In this document: one piece after another, positions 24,780 through 36,156 of the stretch
How the letters are laid out: each line of letters opens with the position of its first letter
Position numbering within the stretch: position 1 is the stretch's first letter
Assembly: GCF_000315625.1 (NCBI RefSeq)
Contig: NW_005434633.1
Span: 217,867 to 281,866, forward strand
Reading direction: 5' to 3'
DNA length: 64,000 nucleotides
Origin: Guillardia theta CCMP2712
Taxonomy: Eukaryota; Protista; Cryptophyta
Notes under the pieces: generated by a model
Seen by the model: the letters and a program-made list of their open reading frames with translations, nothing else
Databases searched by the model: none
Told to the model about the DNA's origin: nothing
Translations under genes and position numbers: made by a program

Positions 24780-26303
24780 TGATGGAACGTATGCCAGCCG
24801 TGCCAGTCAGATAGCGCCGAGTTCACAAAAACTCTCCTGTAAACCAAGACGACTTACGTGTTTCAAGGCGGCATGTAGCATGTGGACGAAGAGGGGGCTT
24901 TCCTAGCCGTCTTGCTAAGGTCCTCTCATGTCTGGATGCTTGGGTTTCACATCCTAGCATACAGTCTATCTCTCATGTGCTCCTCAATTCTGGTTTTGTG
25001 TGCATTAAACTCGGTCTTGAGCAAAAACTGTCTTGTTACAACTAAGGTCGATGTGATATCTGCGTGACTTTGGACTAGTACAAGTCTAACAAACTTGTAT
25101 TCCGTCGGTTATGGGCCTTGATTACATGCTCAATCATGTTGATCTTATGTTTGGTTAGTTGAATTGTTTACTGGAGTTTTTTCTTTCTTGGTATCGTTTC
25201 GTTACTGTCGAAAATTCATGCAATTCTATCAAGCCCTACACATTCGGATGACTCCTCTCTTCAATCAGGCTCTCTCTCTAGCCGCAAGTTGTTTAGGCCT
25301 CTCATTTCAGCCTCAATTTGTTTGATTGATCTTCGAATAGGAAAAACAAGCCTTTCCCAGCCAGATTGGTCGGTCGAATATCTGCTTAACCGTGTGGAAA
25401 CGCACTTGAAGCTGATTCGATTCTTATTTTTCTTGATCTTTGAGTAGGATCAAATGGAACTACCAGGAGATCTGGCGGAAGTTTTCATGTCATAGAGCTA
25501 GGCTGTGGCATGCATAACTGGAGCTACTTCTGGATCGGCGAACAAGGTACTACTGCACAACAATCTTCAAATGCCTTGAAACGGATGTTCCAATCTCGCG
25601 GCAGCAATCTCTGGTCACAAGTTCTGTACGGTTCAAAAATTTATCTTTTGGTCTTCAAATGCCGGCGGGCACACTCTCTCTCCCTCTCTATCTCTCTTAT
25701 CTTCCCTCTCTTCAGACTCTCTTATCCTATACTTTATCTCTCTTCATTGCACCCGCTCGCTATGCATCTCCCTTATCTCTTTACTGCACATCTAATAGCC
25801 CTGCATGAAAATCTTCTTCAGAATGGACAATCCTTGAATGGTTATTGCCCACTCAGCATGACTGTGAACTGGACGTTGTATCATCGTATCTTGACTTGGA
25901 TCTGCTGACATTCTTGTTTGCGTGACTTTCTGACGTCCGATGTAACGTACTATTTCAGAAACTCGGGGGGAGGATGGAACGTATGCCAGCCGTGCCAGCG
26001 CCGCCGAGTTCACAAAAACTCTCCTGTAAACCAAGACGACTTACGTGTTTCAAGGCGGCATGTAGCATGTGGACGAAGAGGGGGCTTTCCTAGCCGTCTT
26101 GCTAAGGTCCTCTCATGTCTGGATGCTTAGCCCGGGTTTCACCGTGATCCTAGCATACAGTCTATCTCTCATGTGCTCCTCAATTCTGGTTTTGTGTGCA
26201 TTAAACTCGGTCTTGAGCAAAAACTGTCTTGTTACAACTAAGGTCGATGTGATATCTGCGTGACTTTGGACTAGTACAAGTCTAACAAACTTGTATTCCG
26301 TCA
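24780..26303 (+). mobile_element. Non-autonomous Ty1/copia-type LTR retroelement
   Basis: LTRs at ~24780-25106 and ~25973-26303, outer TG...CA, CTCTC target duplication, PBS GGTTATGGGCC at 25107, purine tract GGGGGGAG before the 3' LTR, decayed RNase H traces (AAI-WS, ADIL). Confidence 0.88.
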
Positions 26304-26402
26304 CTCTCGTGGCCGGAGCACTTGGCAGTCGGACAACTCGGACTCGACTTGAGTTTTTGTCGGTTACCGGGCGGTTATTCGAAAACAAGAAACTCCTCAG
26401 TA

Positions 26403-27251
26403 ATGAAGCGAATGGTCCCCAGCATGCGCTGCCATGTGCTTCTTACTTTGGCTGCCGCCGCCACTGCTGCCACGTCTTCGCCCGGTCGTCTTCCTCCTGA
26501 CCTCCTCCGTCGCCAGACCTTCTTCGAAGAACAAGCACGAAGATGTGTAAAGGCTGAGGACACCTCGGTCTTGATCGGTCTGTACCAAAGAGAAATGGAA
26601 GAAATACAGAGACTGGCGGAAGAGAAGGAGAAGCTTGATCAAAGAAGGAGTGAGGAAATACAGAGACTGGTGAAAGACAAGAGGGATGAAGCCAAAAGGC
26701 TGGTGAAGGCAATGAAGAAATGTGAGAAACATTACACGAGAAACTTGGCTGATCTCTCGGAAAGAGTGCTTTATGTCGATGCTCAGCGAGTTGCAGTGCT
26801 GAACAACAGGGCGTTGATCGAGATTGGCATCCGCAGAATCACCAGCGAACTATCCTTGAGCGCTGGCGTCCGCCGGATTGTAAACAAGCACCTGCTTCAA
26901 ACAAGCAAACAGGGGAAGATGTTGAGCATGCACTCGAAACGAGTTTGTAAGGAGCTGGGCCAGTACGATTTTCTTACGGATGAGCAGTCAGTGATGAAGG
27001 AGCTCACAGTCTTGAGGCACGAGATCTCGAAACCGCTTCATAACCTGGCCCATCAGAAGATCTTGCCTCGCGGGTACTATGTCGGAGGGTCTTCGCCCCT
27101 TGCTCAGGCGGTGGCGTGTATGATCACATATCTTCAGAGCGAGGGAAAGATCTCGAAAGTACTGCCGGTGCTTGTGATTGGTGAAGATGGGGAGCCAAGG
27201 TGTCGATTGGTGGAAGGCCGTGTGTTACCTTTGTCAGGGAGAAAGGCTTGA
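26403..27251 (+). CDS. Intronless hypothetical protein with signal-like leader and coiled coil
   Basis: ORF 26322..27251; MRCHVLLTLAAAATAA; EEIQRL occurs twice. Confidence 0.65.
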   Translation: MKRMVPSMRCHVLLTLAAAATAATSSPGRLPPDLLRRQTFFEEQARRCVKAEDTSVLIGLYQREMEEIQRLAEEKEKLDQRRSEEIQRLVKDKRDEAKRLVKAMKKCEKHYTRNLADLSERVLYVDAQRVAVLNNRALIEIGIRRITSELSLSAGVRRIVNKHLLQTSKQGKMLSMHSKRVCKELGQYDFLTDEQSVMKELTVLRHEISKPLHNLAHQKILPRGYYVGGSSPLAQAVACMITYLQSEGKISKVLPVLVIGEDGEPRCRLVEGRVLPLSGRKA

Positions 27252-27643
27252 GGAAGAACGACAGTCTCATCTGAGGTTGAATGCCTGATTGCATGCCTGT
27301 GTTCTAGTGCATCAGATGGAGGGGGGAAGAAGATGTAAGCGAGTAGGGAGATGTTGATAAAGAGCTCGATCCCTTTGATATGCACGAGCCGTCCTTTCCT
27401 AACAATACACACCAACTCTACCTCCCACCATTCTTGCCCAAGGATCTGGTTACAGCTATACCAGGACATACGCTCTAGCTTCACTGACCAAGGACGTTGA
27501 GAGGCAAGAGGCAGATGGAGCAGAGCGAAGAAAATCTGAGGATGATCCTCATTCCACCACTTGCGGTTGAGCTGAATAGATGCAGCATTTCCAGCACGAC
27601 ACATTTCGATGAAGAGGCTAGCGATGAGAACAAATCTGGGGTA

Positions 27644-28468
27644 AGATCGGAGGAGGCAGGGCGTCTGCAAGCTCAAACTTCATCGTGGACGCTCGCACGA
27701 GCACGCAGGCTACGAGCTTTGCCGTAGCTGGCCGAGCCTCATCCTCAGAGGAGCCAAAGGTCGCACGAAAGCAGAAGAAGTCGGCTGAAGAAACACAACT
27801 GCAGGCACAAGGGAACGAATTGAAGAGGATGGGAGGGGAGGCGGAGAGAAGACGGCAAGGCTTGACAACAAGAGAGCGGGCTGAGGCTGCCAGACTATCG
27901 ACTGCTGATTCTCAGCTCCCCCCTCACATCTGCGGGGACAGGCGCTCGAGCTCCTTCCCCGCAGAGCTCGAGAGGTTCAGTGAGGAGCGGAGGCTCCTGC
28001 TGCTCGACTGCATCGTCGGAACCGCCTCTTCCTTTGCTCTGACGAATTCGAGCCTCTTGCACAGCATGGAAGGCAGAGTGGAAACGATCCCTCTCGATAG
28101 CATCTCAAGCTTGATAACCAACAGTGAGGGCAAGATCATCTTGCTCGGCCGCTGAGGAGGAGGAAGAGCCGGAGACACTCTTGACTGGGCCGCATATCTC
28201 CACGTTCAACATCGTCGCCATGGCGAGTTTCTTGGAGCGGGTACACGAGGCCATCATGTTTAGTTAGAGGCGAATGTAATGAAAGAATCAATCATCAATC
28301 CGAGGTGTAGAATCATTGGCACAGGATGCGGCCACTGGTCTGCCAGCTTCACTGGCATCCCAACGGCAGGGCTGCGGTGGTCCCGACGCTGAAATCAATA
28401 CAAGAGTTGCGAAATAAGACAAGTGAACAAGTGAGACAAGAATAAAAGATGGCAGGTTGCGCCCAGCT
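27644..28468 (+). pseudogene. Right copy of the direct repeat; truncated duplicate of the laminin-IV gene 3' end
   Basis: Matches 15497-16344; premature TGA at 28153-28155 and shortened GAG run. Confidence 0.9.
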
Positions 28469-28471
28469 GCT

Positions 28472-31076
28472 TCAAGTTTGCGGGATTGCACTCAGAGTGG
28501 CCCAAGGGAGGTTCCAGGGATTCGTCTGGCCCCAAGCTCCGTTACACGTTCCGTTCCACAGGCTCGGGTTGCAGACGACTCTGCCTGCAGCTGGGGCGGC
28601 TGGTGGAGGGAGGAACGCGGTGGGAGCCACGGACAGCGAGGGATTTTGCTGCAACATCTTGTCAGGCACGCAGCAAAACTCCAGCTGGAGTTGATTCACC
28701 TTGAGCCCCAGAGCCATCACGTTGGACCTCTGAACGTTACGAGCGAGAATCGACTTGCCGACGCCTCCAGGGAAGACAGCGACGCCGCTGGTCATGGCCT
28801 GCGGGTTGAGGGGCATGGAGATGCTGGTAGCTCGCACGCCAGGAAGGCACAAGTTGGGCAGGCTGCTGGGGTTGGGATGGACAGCTGAGAGGTTGATGAT
28901 GGCGCCGTGTTGGAGAATTCCTGGGACTGTGGTGGGAAGGACGAGCTTCTGCAACCCCTCGTTGATGAGCACGTCCTGTGCAGAGAGGTCTGGAGCTTTG
29001 CTCGAGCACTCCTCTGCTGGGAAAAAGGCAGACCCTTCCGTCCCCATCGCCGGCCTGATCCCGAGCCTTGATGGCTGAGCCTCCCCTTGCTTGAGCAGTT
29101 GCGGCATCTCAGCCACTGATCTCCCAACATCCTGTGATAGAGGCATATTGATCCTTCCAGCCATCTGGCTAGCAAGTGACGCAGCAGGGAACGCACTGGG
29201 CTTGGAACCGAGTAAGAGGGGGACAGACGGGTCAAGGACCGGGACTGAGGTCCCATGGGAACCAAACTGACCGACAATCCCGCTCCTCATGCTCGTCTGC
29301 AGCTTCGGGGTAACCAGGGGACTTGGGAGAAAATTGCTGAGCAGAGTTCCAGACTGAGGCAACCCTGAGCAGCTCGAGCTCGAGAACGAAGTCGACTGAG
29401 GTCGTCCTCCTGTCCTTCCTTCTACAGCGCTTGCCTCCCCGAAGGCACCGAAGTCAGAGCTCTTGTACTTGTCTGACGTGGAAGGTTGGTGCAGGTTTCC
29501 GATGATCGGGGAGAGAGGAATGGGGTGACAGAAGTTCGGGTTCTCGTTCTGGATGTCGTTCCCCCACAGGGTCCTCACATCTCCTCTTCCTCCTTGTGAG
29601 GACTTGTCTTGCAGCGAGCTCAGTGCGTCCAAGCTGTTGCCTGCCAGGCGTCCGCCCTGCAAGTTCAGGATTTGGGAGGCGAGATTCGGCTGCATCATCA
29701 TCAAGCTGCTAGTCGCCGCAAAGTTCGTACAGGCTGCCTGCTGGTCCAGGCCATCCCTTCCAAACGAGCGGATGACCTCCTTGTCAAGCTCTGGCTCGGT
29801 GCCAGCACTGGACTTGAGCAAGGCAAGGGAGCTCTCGGGAACCCACGGCTCTGGCGAGCATTGTCCATCATACACGTCCTCTATCTTGATGTGCTGGGGA
29901 GGACTTCCGCTCTCATGGATGCTCCACATCATCTCGATGCCTCGCTCCAGGTTTCTCACCCATCGCTCAGTGTCAAACAGCGGCTCCGTCATCCGCTTCT
30001 GCTCGATCTCTGCTCGGAGCTTCGCAAGAGCTCCCACAGTGCACCAACGGCCGTTGATCAGCTGGCGCGAGCTGTTGCTCACATTCATCATCACCCATGC
30101 TTCATACTCCTCCAGACTGTCGGTAATCAACTCCTTACAGCCCAAGGCATTCACGAGGGAGGCTGCGACCCTGCAGGACATCTTCTCTTGCGGAGTCGTC
30201 ACGATTGGCGTCCCTGACCACAGGATGTCGCACCCAGTCGTGTGCGCGTTGCACTGATACGAGTCAAGGAAGAGGTCTGCGCATACCCCACGTCTGATGT
30301 GCTCGCTCTTGTTCGCCACGTCGGTGAAGATGATGCGATCGTCTGCGATGCCTCGGGCTCGAGCCTCCCTCCTGATGCCTGCCTCTCCTGCATGGGGAAA
30401 GCGGAGCAGCCACAGCACTGTCTCGGGTAGTTTATGGAGGATGCGACACCAGACGTCGAGGATCAGGGGGTCGATCTTGTACAACTGGTTGAAGTTGCAC
30501 AGGACGATCTTGTCCTCAGGAATGCCGTATTGCGCTCTGCTGGGCCATGTGCTGGGGTCGAGGACCTCCAAGGAGCTCTGCTTGTGATCGTTGACGAAGT
30601 AAGAGTGCGGCATGTGCACGAGCTTCTCGGTGTAGAGACTCTCGAGCGCCAACGGGCTCACGATAGGATCCGTCACAAGGTACTGAATGAAAGATGCTCC
30701 CATCGTGCCGCAGAAGCCCATGTACGAGACCTACGTGAACACAAAATCAGCACTAGGAACGTCTGACGATCAGGGGGCCGGGCTGACCTGAACAGGAGAT
30801 GGTTGGAAGGCGAAGATCTCGTTTCGAGCTCCCTTTGTGTAGCCATTGAGGTTGAAGAGGACATGCACGCGCATCGAGTTGATGAGTCTTGCGATGTCAA
30901 TGGAGGACATTTGCGACACATCAATGAATCTTTCAACCTGCAGTAAGGGTTAACGACAAGGAGAAAGAGAGAAGCTGGGGGTGGAACCTCGGATGAGATC
31001 TTCTTGAAGTACTCCGACTCGTCGTTCTTGGACAGCGAGAAACAGATCACTTCGAACCTCGATCTGTCGTGCATGT
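28472..31076 (-). CDS. OGT: O-GlcNAc transferase (GT41, OGT/SEC-like) catalytic region, 5'-truncated, with long low-complexity C-terminal extension
   Basis: MHDRSRFEV, NLNGYTKGARNEIFA, YMGFCGTMGA, CNFNQLYKIDP, LWLLRFP, NAHTTGCDILWSG, PLFDTERW; two short introns; no TPR exons seen upstream. Confidence 0.85.
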
Positions 31077-32560
31077 CACCCACCCCTCCACCAACAACCC
31101 CACCAAGCTTGGAATGCCCGCACGTACCCTCCTGTTGACTACCCATCCTCACAAAGGACCCACCTATGAAATCGATAGCATTCTACAGAGATCTATCTGG
31201 GTGTAAAAGAACCCCACCCTACCTCTGTAAGTGACATTCGATGTCGCGACCTCCCATGCCGACCCTACCCTACGTCTTCCACCACCCCACCGGTGTCATA
31301 CACTCTCCGGGTCAACAAAAAGCCTACAACCCCCCTATTCATGGGTACATGACAGGTCCTCAAGTACCCCCTACCCTCCCCAAATGCATGTTGTCCGTTT
31401 CGACCACCCTCACCCCCCTTCCGTGCCCACCATTATTCGCTTCCACCCTACCCCTGTTGTCATCGCCACCATCCTTTACACTCATGCAAACTAAAAATGA
31501 CTGTTTTTAGCTAACCTATCACTCCCACCCCACAACTGTAGTACCCACCTTAAGCCAATTAACTTGAAAGTTAGTTATTGTCACCGGTGATCATCGCTTC
31601 ATTCTATTGACCCACCCCTTTTGCAATGACCCACGAGGACCACTACCCTACCAAAAAGATCTGCACCTCAAAAGGACCGTACCCCGCCTACTACACACAT
31701 CGAAGTTCCACCTTGCCCGGTGAAGGTTCCTCCACCTTTTTTAAGACAAAAAAAATATTAAAATGATTATTAGGGATTGGAACGTAGAAAACATTTTAGA
31801 CTTCGTTAAAATCATTGCATTTCTGGCTGTATTTTCAATGTTCCATATACATATTCGAAAACAAAAGTTCAAATCCTCGAATATCGTGGCTATATCTCAA
31901 AAGAAAAACTATTTTAGATGTTTATACCCTCCACCTGATGCCTCCTCCTGTTTACCACACAAAGGAAACCATCCGGCAGGGTACTGTGGAGTACCCCACG
32001 GTTGCCATTCAGAGCTTCCTACACCCCACCCATGAAAATATCCTCACTCAAGCTGGGTCCAGAACCAGTTCAGGACTACCCTACCTGATATTTTGATAAA
32101 CCCCTCTCCAAGCAACATCCCTGCAGATGCCATCACGGTTTTCACCCAACCCGCCCCGTAATAGAGTTGGACCGGTCCCATGGTGCTCAAATTCGTATTA
32201 GAGGTGGGTGGGAGTCAGCGAGAGGGTCAGAGATCCTTCTTTTGAGTTTTAATTTTAAAAAGTCAAAAATTTATTATGAGTAGTACCAAGAAGAACTTCT
32301 CGAGGGCTACTGATAGAGGGGTCGGTTGTTTGATTCTCTTTGTCGAACAAAAATTGACTAATGTAGAACTTGATAGTCTATAAATTTCAAATTACATGAC
32401 ATAATTGTTCAATTGTTCTGGAATTGCTGTCCATTCTGCCCCCTTGCACAAAGTTTCGCAGCAGGCTTTGGTCCAAAAAAAACAAAGCGGTCAAAACTGC
32501 AGTCAAAGTTTGGTCAAAGTTTGGTCAAACCCAGTCACGTCCGGTCAGGTTCTCTACAAT
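31077..32560. other. Non-coding ACCCC/TACCC-rich tract abutting the truncated OGT
   Basis: Strong ACCC bias, AT-rich core, GGTCAAA repeats near 32490-32530. Confidence 0.45.
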
Positions 32561-32569
32561 CAATCTGAG

Positions 32570-32830
32570 GCGAGCCGCGACTCGATAATAAGTAAAGCGA
32601 CAAGGTCGCGGCCGCTACCGTACCGTACCGTGCAAAAGTACCGGGTACCGTAGTACCGTCCTGTGGCTTGTCAAACCGCCGCGCTGACTCGCGGCCGCCC
32701 GGGCCCCGCCCCGGGCCCGCCGTACCCAGCGGCTCAGGGCCGCCGCGACAGGCTCCGCATGACCGTGACTGAGTCAGAGTCACGGCCCGTGACGCGGCCA
32801 CGGTGCCACGGTGCCACCGTGGGCAAGGCA
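32570..32830. promoter_or_regulatory. GC-rich island
   Basis: CCGTACCGTACCGT, GGGCCC, CTGAGTCAGAGTCA. Confidence 0.45.
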
Positions 32831-32988
32831 TGGCATGGAATTTAAAGCTCAGCCTGATACATGATAAGCCTTCACTGATACATAGGTGTTGTGTTATGCT
32901 GCGAATTCTAGTGAATTTCGTCTTCTCCCCCCAGGCCTCGAAAGTTGCTGCTAGTGTGAAAAACTTCGGAAGTCAAGCCTTCCGAATT

Positions 32989-33341
32989 TCAGTGCGCAGG
33001 TCCGAGGTTCCTGCCATGGTGCCTAGTCCAAGGTTGCCGTGACAGTGTCTGTGATCTCGTTCTTGGTCTCTCGTTCCACTGTGTGTAATGCAATGCTTCA
33101 CTGTCGACTCTTGCTTTCTTGATACTCTTCTTCTTTTGCTTTGGAACTCCCAATGTCTGCGCAGACAAGACAATCAGTATCAGTAGAGAAGGTCTGAATT
33201 TTAAGGAACAATGCAAATTACCGACAAGAACTCAGCAAAGGCGTTCGATTTGAACGAGATATCTTTGAAAGTGTACTGTAGAATGCTGAAAACTGTTCTT
33301 TCGTCCTTCAAAAACAGAAACGTCAATGTGACACTCGGGAA

Positions 33342-33393
<52 letters not shown>

Positions 33394-33446
33394 AGAGAGA
33401 GAGAGAGAGGGAGGGAGGGAGGGAGAGAGGGAGGGAGGGAGGGAGG

Positions 33447-33493
<47 letters not shown>

Positions 33494-35369
33494 GGAGAGG
33501 GAGAGAGAGAGAGCACGAAGAAAGACAAGCAAAAGAAACTCCAACTACTACATGGTCAGTCTGCTCACCAGCCTTCCAAGGTAGCAATCGTGGTTCGAGC
33601 CCAACCTCACATGCAACGCCATGCTGACGGCAAGCGAGTAATCCTCCAGCGCCCAGAGATGTGTATCGAGATACTTGACGCCCTCATCGTCTAGCTGAGG
33701 TTTCCTTCTCGCAATTGTCCTCAGCATCCGAGGGACAGAATTTTTCACGAAATAGTGACAGGCTTCTACTTGACTGCTGAGCCGGATACATGTCACGATG
33801 GTGAGAGCGAGATCGAGCTCAGTGACAAGGGCATGACTCTGGCTCGAGTAGCAAGAAGTCTTCTTCTGCTTAATCCAGGCCTGCAACAAGGACACAAGAA
33901 GCTCCAACAGCAGTGCATCGGACGCCAGAACCTCTGCCGTTCTCTTGTTGATGGTAAGGAGAGCGAGGACAGTGAGAGGGCTGGGTAGCTGCCAGTTGAT
34001 ACTCGCCCATGTGCGGTTGTTCAGAGCTCTGCCCAAGATGATGACGATGGTCGAGAGGACACTCTTTTGAGCCTGCAGCTCCCTCAGCTCCTCAAAGACG
34101 CTCAGGCGCGTCAACGCCATGAGGGCAGTTGCCTTCATCGAGTATACCGACATATCTGTAACTGAAGAATTCACATCTGGGCAACCTACTGGCCATTCCA
34201 GCGCAGGACGCAGAACCTCCTCGATGACGTTTGTCTCCCGCATAGCGCACGCTGCCTTCTCGCACTTGCTCAGGTTACCAAACACGCCCACCGCTGTCCG
34301 GAGCACGTCTGGTTTGCTATTCTTGAACAGAGATTTCAGGCATTCGATCGATCCTGGGCATGCAACAATGAGCTCCGCTGCCTCACGGCTGTTAGCTGCG
34401 CAGTTGCTCAGCACGAGTGCTGCCTCCTCGCGGGTATCGAGCGACACGCAGTCTCCACTCTCATCATCATCTATCTCGATATCCTGTGTTGAGGCCTCCT
34501 GTGAATCGTGTCCAAAACCACCTGCTTCAATGATATGCAAGAGAGTCTGAAGCATTCCCGGGGTCTTGGCTATCGCTAAACTGTCAAGGGACGGGGTCAA
34601 CACATCTGGTCAGCATGAGGCCATCCTTCACCTGTTGGAAGAGTTGCTGAAAGCTATATTGCTCAACGCTCCACACGCTTCTTGCTGGCATCTATCGACA
34701 GCAATCAAATGCGAATCTGATCTCGTCTTGAGCGCTTCTAGCAGCCCGGTAATGATGCCGTCCACGCTTCCGATGTTGATCTTATTCACTTCGGAGCGAT
34801 AGGCAAGATTGACCAGCACAGCACAGCTCCACAGTTTTGCTTCTGCACTACCAAAGTTGAGGAAATGAACGAGAGCCCTCAGAATCTGGAACAAAACAGA
34901 ACTGAATTTCAGCAGAAGCATCCAAACAAGTGTGATCTTACCTTCTCGTTACTTCCGATCTCAAGCTGCAGCTCTGGGAACTGTTCGGAAAGACCATGAA
35001 GGTTCTTGAGGACGCTAATCTCACTTTGATCTCCCTCGCTCTCATACGAAGAATCCGAAACTCTGCAAAACATGTGAGAGAAAATGCGGCATTGCTTGGG
35101 CGTACATCAAATTCAGATGATCTGCAATATGAGACACAACCCATGATCCAGACTGCAAGGCTCAAAGTTACAGGTCGCTCTTGCACAAAGACGAAAGCCA
35201 ATAATAAGCGCACCATCTTCGCACTCCAGCTTCCAGCTCCACCGACTCGATCTGCGAGCTCCGTTGCCCCTTCAGCTGCGACTTCGAGTGATAGTAGAAA
35301 CCAACTGGAATCACGGATAATCAGATTTTCATCGAACAAAACGAACATGATTCTATTCAAGCTATTCAA
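32989..35369 (-). CDS. Armadillo-repeat protein, multi-exon
   Basis: AKLWSCAVLVNLA, QQEACGALSNIA, REEAALVLSNCA, RTAVGVFGNLS; ends approximate. Confidence 0.75.
33348..33512. repeat. (GA)n/(GGGA)n microsatellite, probably intronic
   Basis: Seen directly. Confidence 0.95.
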
Positions 35370-36156
35370 GCTCTATGTGGTATGAAGAAATCATCGACAG
35401 AAATGATGAACATGTGATTGCAGACAGTCACACATCTCCCCGTGAGTGTCACACATCTCCCCGTGAGTTTGCTCGCTGGAATATGTTTTTTGATCCTTAG
35501 TAATTTCACACTTTCCGCCTCTAGACTCCCATCATCCTGAATCACAATCTGATTCCCGAATCAAATGTTTGGGCATCTACTTCTCTTCTCCCTGTCTCTA
35601 CTGCCTCTGCTGCGGATAACATCACCACCCTTCATATTCCCTCTATCATCCCACTGTCATTCTTCGACCAGCCCTATCATCATCTCATCCTGCTACCGTC
35701 TTCCCTCTGCTGCTGCTTTCGCGTCTCCCATCCCCCACATGAAGAACCAAGTTGCATCTATCACCATCGGCGTGAATTTTAAAACTGTTTTAATGCTTTA
35801 AAAATGTTGTACAAGAGTGGTAGGAAATGCTTGTTGCTCGACCTGGGGTGGCTGGTTGCCTTCACCCCCTTCTTTGAGCTAAAATTTGCTCCAAAGAACC
35901 GGGTATATTCTGCTCATCGAGCAGCACTGGGGAAGAGTGTGGGTAGGGTGGGTACAATCGTATTAGGGAGAGGTTCATAACCTGATTTAATCGTAGCTCT
36001 CCCCGAGGTTTCGGGGCCGCTAGTTGTCATACCTGGCGTTGCTCAGTCAGCAAAATTACTTAGCCAGCAGAATGGGGCCAAGATGAATCGAGTCGTAGAG
36101 GAGATGAAGTAGGGAAGAGAGGAGAGGAGAGGAGAGGAGAACATGCGGACTGAAAG

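Noticed and set aside
16345-27643. The block as an LTR retrotransposon, Helitron or endogenous virus
   Set aside because: Flanking repeats are host genic sequence without TG..CA, PBS or PPT; no gag/pol, Rep/helicase, capsid or polymerase gene seen
35427-35468. 21 bp tandem duplication, with similar 13-14 bp duplications near 58742-58833
   Set aside because: Two-copy slippage duplications without spacers; not CRISPR-like
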